Positions 58,684-64,000 of a DNA stretch of 64,000 nucleotides are shown in pieces. Source of the stretch: Spirochaetia bacterium (lineage in GTDB: Bacteria > Spirochaetota > Spirochaetia > SZUA-6 > Bin103); contig CBDATQ010000001.1 in the NCBI GenBank assembly GCA_965199955.1, positions 1,568,001-1,632,000 of the forward strand, written 5' to 3'. The notes under the pieces are model-generated. The model made no database searches, was not told the origin of the DNA, and saw nothing but the letters and a program-made list of their open reading frames with translations. Position numbers and translations under genes: made by a program. Each line of letters opens with the position of its first letter. Within the stretch, counting starts at the first letter, position 1.

Positions 58684-60339
58684 ATGGCAGCGGACAGGAC
58701 GAAAGGCCGGCTCAAGCGCGACTACCGCATCACCTGGGTCGACGACAGCGGCATCGGCGCCCACATGGTCAACCCGCCGATCTCCCCGCAGCGGTTTCGG
58801 CACGTCATCGTCGGCGGGCTCGTGGGGACCCAGGTCGACGCGTTCGTGTGCACGGTCGGCAACGGGGCTGGTTACACCACCTCGTACCCGACCGAGGTCG
58901 ACGGGATGGAGTTCATCGTCGACCGGCTGGAGGCCGGCGCGAAGCTCGGCGGCGTGGAGCTCTGGCGCGGCGCCGAGAACCTGCGCTCCCTGTGGGCCGC
59001 GGGCCACGACCCCCTGCAGCTCGTGCTCGACGAGTGCAGGCGCACAGGCATCGACTTCTGGCTGCAGCTCAGGATGAACGACTGGCACCACGTCGACACA
59101 TCGTCCGGCGAGATCTATCGGCTGATCGGCAGCGAGTGGTACGAGCGGCACCCCGAGTACCTGATCGGCGACGAGGGGGCGGCCGGGTGGCCCGAGGAGC
59201 TGGCCACCTCCCTGCGGTGGTTCCAGGATTTCGCGCACGAGCCGGTGCGCCGCATCCGGCTCGCGGTCGCGGCGGAGGCGGTCGAGCGCTACGACGTCGA
59301 CGGGTGGGAGTACGACTTCGTGCGCTGCCCCGGCCTGTTCCGCTACGGCCGGGAACGGGAGCATGCCGGCCTGGTCACCGAGCTGATCCGCGACACGCGC
59401 GCGATGCTGGACGAAGCGGCGCGCCGACGGGGACGCCCGCTCGGCTTCTCGGTGCGCGTGCCCAACACCATCGAAGGCTGCACGATGCTGGGCCTGGACG
59501 TCGTGCAGTGGATGGAGGAGGAGCTGGTGGACATCGTCGTGCCGTGCTCGTTCTTCGCCCAGCACATGGAAGAGGACGCGGCGCCGTGGGTGGCCGCGGC
59601 AGCCGACACCGCGGTGCGCATCCACCACGGCATGGACTCCGCCTACCAGACGGGCGACGTGCTGGGGCGCGGCGTCCCCTATTACCAGGTGCGCGACTCG
59701 TATATGCAGGGCCTGACGCCGGAGCTGATCCGCGGCATGGCCGCCCGGCACTGGCGGGCCGGGGTCGACGGCATCTACCTCTTCAACGGCCCGGGCGTCC
59801 TCAGAGGCTACGACGTCGACGCCAGGGAGGTGCTCGACCAGGCCGGCTCACCCCGGAGCCTCCGGCACCGGGACAAGCGCTACGCCGTGATGCGCCGCAC
59901 CGGGTCGTTCCCGAACTGCTATCCGCAGCAGTACCTGCTGCCCGCGGAGCTCGGGCCCGAGCCCGCGATCTTCCCGATCGACGTCGCCGACGACGTCGCA
60001 GACGCCGGCGCGCGGATCGACCACGTGCACCTGGAGCTGCTGCTGAAAGCGCCCTGCCACCTGGACGAGCTGACCGTCACGTGCAACGGCTCACCGCTGC
60101 CGTGTCTCAATCCGCTGGAAGCGGGCAAGCCGGCCCCCGACTTCAGGGTCTGGCTGGTCTACGACCTCGCCGGTGCCCCGCCCAGACAGGGCCGGAACGA
60201 GGTGGCCGTGTCGGTGAGGCGAGCGGCTCGCCTTGTCGCGGAAATTCCCCTGGTGCTCACCGACCTGGAACTGTCCGTCCGCTACCGGTACCCTGACGGC
60301 CCGTTCCGCGAGCCGCCGGGGTACATGCCCCGGACCTGA
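58684..60339 (+). CDS. Uncharacterised TIM-barrel glycoside hydrolase-like protein (GHL10-like), paralog A
   Basis: RMNDWH, DFAH..VR, YDVDG.E.DF.R, RVP, GVDGIYLFN. Confidence 0.68.
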   Translation: MAADRTKGRLKRDYRITWVDDSGIGAHMVNPPISPQRFRHVIVGGLVGTQVDAFVCTVGNGAGYTTSYPTEVDGMEFIVDRLEAGAKLGGVELWRGAENLRSLWAAGHDPLQLVLDECRRTGIDFWLQLRMNDWHHVDTSSGEIYRLIGSEWYERHPEYLIGDEGAAGWPEELATSLRWFQDFAHEPVRRIRLAVAAEAVERYDVDGWEYDFVRCPGLFRYGREREHAGLVTELIRDTRAMLDEAARRRGRPLGFSVRVPNTIEGCTMLGLDVVQWMEEELVDIVVPCSFFAQHMEEDAAPWVAAAADTAVRIHHGMDSAYQTGDVLGRGVPYYQVRDSYMQGLTPELIRGMAARHWRAGVDGIYLFNGPGVLRGYDVDAREVLDQAGSPRSLRHRDKRYAVMRRTGSFPNCYPQQYLLPAELGPEPAIFPIDVADDVADAGARIDHVHLELLLKAPCHLDELTVTCNGSPLPCLNPLEAGKPAPDFRVWLVYDLAGAPPRQGRNEVAVSVRRAARLVAEIPLVLTDLELSVRYRYPDGPFREPPGYMPRT

Positions 60340-60373
60340 TCTCCGCCGGCCCCTTTTGCCCCGGCGCCTGCGC

Positions 60374-62065
60374 CTACCTGCCCGCCAGCGCCAGGCGAGG
60401 CAGCCGCTCGCGGCTGCCGGAACCGTTGGCGACGTCGCCAGTCGGGTGCTCGTAGCGCACCTCGATCTCGGCGTCCTCGATGCTCAGCGGCAACTCCGCG
60501 GACGTCCGCTCGTTCACCCGCAGGGCGCGCACGGTCACGGTGTTGGCGCCGGGGCGCGGGCGGTGTCCCATCAGGTCGTAGATCTGCCACCGGCTGATGG
60601 TCCCCATGCGGGTGCTCGGCCGGATCCGGTTCACCGGCGGAACCTCGCTGCCGTTCAGCGTGACCTCCAGGCGGTCCATGACGCTCAGGTTGTCGACGTG
60701 GAGGAGCAGCCGGCAGGAACGGACCACGTCGCCGGCCGCCGCCACGTCGTCGGCGACGTCGAAGGTCAGCTCGGTGACCTCGCGCGTGACCGGGGCCGGA
60801 ATCTGCCACTCGGTGCGCAGGCAGTTGGGGAAGCTCCCGTTCGTGCGCATCAGCGCAAAGGTCTTGTCGCGATGGCGCAGCCGCTCCGGATCGGCGACGT
60901 CATTGACGGCATTCGGCCCGAAGTCGTGCTTGGAGCCGTAGGTGAGGGCGCTGCCGAACCAGTTGAAGACGTAGAGCCCGTCGACGCCGCGGGCATGGTG
61001 GCGGGCGGCCAGGCCGCGCACCATCTCGGTGGTCATGCCGGTCATCATCGGCGGATTGTAGAACCAGCGGTTGTGGCCATCGGTGTGGCCGGCCAGGTAC
61101 CCCTCCTCCAGGCAGGCGATGATGCTGGCGCGGGAGTTCCGGCCGAGCTCCACCCACTCGCCCGCGTCGTGCTCCATCTCCTGGGCGAAGAAGGGTGCGG
61201 TCACAAGCACGTCGACCAGCTCGTCGGCCACCCACTCGTCCACGTCCAGGCCCAGCCGCCGCGCGCCGTCGATGGTCGTCGGCACCCGCACGGCAAGGCC
61301 GACGTGACGGCCGCGGGTCCTGCCCACCTCGTCCAGGCCCACCCGCGTCTCGCGGAGCATGCGCGTGATCAGGTGAGCGTTCTTGCGCTCCTCGCCGAAG
61401 CGGAAGTAGCCGGGCACCCGCATGAAGTCGAACAGGAAGCCCGTGCAGTCGTAGCGCTCGCACACCTCGATGGCGATGTCGCGGCGCAGCGCTCGCACCT
61501 CGTCGTGGGCGAAGTCCTGCAGCCAGGTCATGGTCTGCTGCAGCGACGGATGGTCACTCCAACCGGCGGCTCCCTCCGCGCCGATCAGGAGGTCGTGCCG
61601 CTCTTCGTAGAAGGCGCTGCCGCCGAGCCGATAGACATCTCCGGTGGTCGAGTCGACGTGGTGCCAGTCGTTCATGCTGATCCGCAGCCAGGGATCGACC
61701 CCGATGCGCCGGGCTCCCTCGACCTGGATGGCGAGATGATCGAGGCCGGCCTGCGAGGATTGCTTGAGGTTCTCGGCGTGGTTGAAGTAGCGCAGGTCGC
61801 CGAGCGCCGCGCCGCGCTCATAGCGGTCGACCAGGTACTCCATGCGCGTCTTCTCTGACTTGAACGCGGTGACGTAGCCGGCGTCGGGACCGATGCCGGC
61901 CACGTAGGCGTCCACGGCGCGGCCGGAGAACTCCCCGAACTGCGCCATCTCCACCGTCTCCGGCGTCATCGGCGGATGAAAGGTCGACTCGAAGGTGTGG
62001 TTGATGTCCCACATGAGCCGGTAGTGGCGCCCGAGGGGGCCGGCCGGCTTGCCGCTGTGTGCCAT
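60374..62065 (-). CDS. Uncharacterised TIM-barrel glycoside hydrolase-like protein (GHL10-like), paralog B
   Basis: SMNDWHHVD, QDFAH.EVR, DFMR.PG, RVP, GVDGLYVFN, RHRDK. Confidence 0.68.
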   Translation of the reverse strand: MAHSGKPAGPLGRHYRLMWDINHTFESTFHPPMTPETVEMAQFGEFSGRAVDAYVAGIGPDAGYVTAFKSEKTRMEYLVDRYERGAALGDLRYFNHAENLKQSSQAGLDHLAIQVEGARRIGVDPWLRISMNDWHHVDSTTGDVYRLGGSAFYEERHDLLIGAEGAAGWSDHPSLQQTMTWLQDFAHDEVRALRRDIAIEVCERYDCTGFLFDFMRVPGYFRFGEERKNAHLITRMLRETRVGLDEVGRTRGRHVGLAVRVPTTIDGARRLGLDVDEWVADELVDVLVTAPFFAQEMEHDAGEWVELGRNSRASIIACLEEGYLAGHTDGHNRWFYNPPMMTGMTTEMVRGLAARHHARGVDGLYVFNWFGSALTYGSKHDFGPNAVNDVADPERLRHRDKTFALMRTNGSFPNCLRTEWQIPAPVTREVTELTFDVADDVAAAGDVVRSCRLLLHVDNLSVMDRLEVTLNGSEVPPVNRIRPSTRMGTISRWQIYDLMGHRPRPGANTVTVRALRVNERTSAELPLSIEDAEIEVRYEHPTGDVANGSGSRERLPRLALAGR

Positions 62066-62554
62066 GGCCATCGATGGTAGCCGCCTACGGATCGAACTGC
62101 CACTGCGCCGGCAGCGATTCCGGGAACACGGCCTCGGCGTAGTAGATGCCGGCGGCCTCCTGCTCGACGGGAAGCACCGGCACACCCACCTTGGCCGGAT
62201 CGTTGGTGGCGACCGGCCGGAGCCGATGCGCGATATGAATCCCGTGCCGGGATCGATGGAGCGCGCGTGGCGGCCCCATATGGCGACGAAGTGGCCTGCG
62301 GCCGGGTTGGCTCCGGCTCCGGTCGGCACGCCGAACACCACCAGGTGGAAGTGACCCTTGACGTGCGGCCTTCCGTCCCCGAGCGCGTCCCAGTCGTCGA
62401 CCGACCGTGTGCGAGCACGCCCTCCGCGCGCAACGGCCCGTCGTAGGCGCGTGCGCGGAGCTGGTAGATGACGCTGCAGTTGTCGTCAGTGTCGCGCCAT
62501 TATGATAGATATATCCGGCTGATGGGAGATAGAGTCGGGCAAGGGAGGACTGCG

Positions 62555-63538
62555 ATGGCAACGCTTGATCAGACCATACGAGATGTGAAGCCCCGCCAAC
62601 TCTTCTTCCGGATGGCTTGTGGCCCCTTCGGGGCAGCCTGGATCCTGCTCATGCTGGCGAGCGCCGCGTTCGCTCAGGAGTCCCAGGACGACGGGATCGT
62701 GACCCAGGGACTCGCCGTCGAGACGTTCTCGTGCGGGAACCTGGCCACCTCCTGCCCCGGGACCGCACGCCGCTTCATCGAGGCGCGGTGCGGGATCGTG
62801 GTCGCGCCGGATGGCACCCGCCTGCAGGTGCCCGCCCTGCCGGCCGGCGAGCCGGACCCCGCCGACCTGTACAACGACTGTACCGGTTCCGGCCACAACC
62901 CAGCTCACCTCCAGGACCTCGAGACCGTCGTGATCGACGCGGACGGGGAGGAGGTCACCGGGTACCTGTTCGGCGACAACTACTACGAGCTCTACGTCAA
63001 CGGCACGATCGTCGCCCGTGATCCCATCGGCTTCGTGCCGTTCAACTCCGGGGTCGTCCGCTTCAAGGCCCGGCGGCCGCTCACCTATGCCGTCAAGCTG
63101 GTCGACTGGGGCACGCATCTCGGCGTCGGCATGGAATACGACCGCTGGAACGTGGGCGACGGAGGCTTCATCGCGCGCTTCAGCGACGGCACCGAGACCG
63201 GAGCGGAGTGGAAGTGCCGGGCGCATTACATCAGCCCGATCGAGGACCGGTCCTGCATCCGGCCGGGACCTGACTCGTCGGCCTGTCCCGAGCGGCCGCC
63301 CTGCGTGGAGCGTGATCCGGCGTCGTGCCGCGCGCTGCACTTTCCGGTGCCCGAGGACTGGGCCTCCCCGGAATACGACGACTCGGCATGGCATCAGGCA
63401 TCCACCTATCGGGCGCGCGAAGTGACCAACCAGCGCGCGTACCGGGACTACCGGCGCGAGTTCGGGCGTGCCGACTTCATCTGGTCGCACAACCTCGACC
63501 AGGACAACCTGGTGCTGTGCCGGCTGCAGGTACCGTGA
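62555..63538 (+). CDS. Secreted Cys-rich hypothetical protein
   Basis: Signal ending AFA-QE; DNYYELYVNG, GDGGFIA, W..PEYDDS.W, ADFIW motifs. Confidence 0.72.
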   Translation: MATLDQTIRDVKPRQLFFRMACGPFGAAWILLMLASAAFAQESQDDGIVTQGLAVETFSCGNLATSCPGTARRFIEARCGIVVAPDGTRLQVPALPAGEPDPADLYNDCTGSGHNPAHLQDLETVVIDADGEEVTGYLFGDNYYELYVNGTIVARDPIGFVPFNSGVVRFKARRPLTYAVKLVDWGTHLGVGMEYDRWNVGDGGFIARFSDGTETGAEWKCRAHYISPIEDRSCIRPGPDSSACPERPPCVERDPASCRALHFPVPEDWASPEYDDSAWHQASTYRAREVTNQRAYRDYRREFGRADFIWSHNLDQDNLVLCRLQVP

Positions 63539-63557
63539 CGGAGGCGCAAGGCGCCGT

Positions 63558-63680
63558 TCAGCCGTCCGGCGCATGCGGATGGCGGTGGTGGGCTCCGCAG
63601 AGAAATCTTGAATTCCCGGGACCGGCATCGCCGCCAAGCGCATAGGGGAGGATGTGGTCTATCTCGTCGGGTCGGCGACG
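63558..63680 (-). pseudogene. HNH endonuclease remnant
   Basis: EIDHILPYALGG...N..FLC..HH; upstream CxxC absent. Confidence 0.62.
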
Positions 63681-63922
63681 GCGCGGAGGTCGTCCTGGGG
63701 CCGCGACGTCCCCTCCGGCGTCGGAGTCGTGCCGGCGAGGATCGCCGCGTCCCGCACCGTCACGGCGTGACCGGATTCCGTCGCGGTCTGCTCCTTCACC
63801 GCCGGAGCGGGCTCGGATTCGCCCTGTGCCGCCTGGCTTCCGGCGCGCGCCCGGCATGGCGGCCGGCTGCCTTGAGGGCGGAATGGACAACGAGCTGGTT
63901 CGCCCGTGCCGCCGGCCGTCGC

Positions 63923-64000
63923 TCAGCTCTCGGGCGGCTGCGGAAAGGGATTCTCGATCGTCAGGCCTTCGATGGTCTGGCCGTGGCTCAAGCTCTCACT
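63923..64000 (-). CDS. PIN-domain (VapC-like) protein C-terminus, truncated by the window edge
   Basis: SE.L.HGQTIEGLTIENPF typical PIN C-terminus. Confidence 0.72.
   Translation of the reverse strand, partial: SESLSHGQTIEGLTIENPFPQPPES

Noticed and set aside
63558..63890. HNH ORF as an RNA-guided (IscB/Cas9-like) nuclease
   Set aside because: Only ~35 aa of HNH behind low-complexity sequence; no RuvC motifs or associated RNA/array.
1..64000. Many long antisense or alternate-frame ORFs (e.g. 12370-15195 -, 37259-39010 -, 52139-54667 -)
   Set aside because: R/A/G/P-rich shadows of real high-GC genes with no motifs.
1..64000. CRISPR array, tRNA or rRNA
   Set aside because: No regularly spaced repeats with unique spacers and no cloverleaf or rRNA-like tracts were seen; the only periodic repeats are coding.
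1..64000. Taxonomic or habitat assignment (gene content is reminiscent of high-GC marine host-associated bacteria)
   Set aside because: No marker gene in the window; gene content is only suggestive.

Overview
High-GC bacterial window dominated by catabolic genes. These include four enolase-superfamily (mandelate racemase-like) dehydratases, two Gfo/Idh/MocA oxidoreductases, SDR/epimerases, a lactonase and two PhyH-type dioxygenases. From about 37 to 62 kb there is a glycan-utilisation-like region with four paralogous uncharacterised beta-propeller hydrolase-like proteins, a heparinase II/III-like lyase, a GH20 enzyme, two paralogous TIM-barrel hydrolase-like proteins and Opp/Dpp-type permeases. 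Also present: a MoxR-DUF58-Bat operon, leuA with a Leu-rich leader peptide and attenuator, an aapJQMP amino-acid ABC transporter, and an MMPL/LolA-like/outer-membrane-protein triplet. A mobile-element hotspot at 28.4-31.3 kb holds a full-length IS1634-family element inserted head-to-head against a remnant of its own left end, a 470-bp internally deleted ISNCY-like element, and a HEPN fragment. Recurrent patterns are leaderless-type promoters, CTG starts in CTGA overlaps, orphan 3' gene tails between genes, and several 1-2 nt frameshifts that may be sequencing errors. No rRNA, tRNA or CRISPR array was seen. All protein family calls come from motif recognition by eye, not from database searches.
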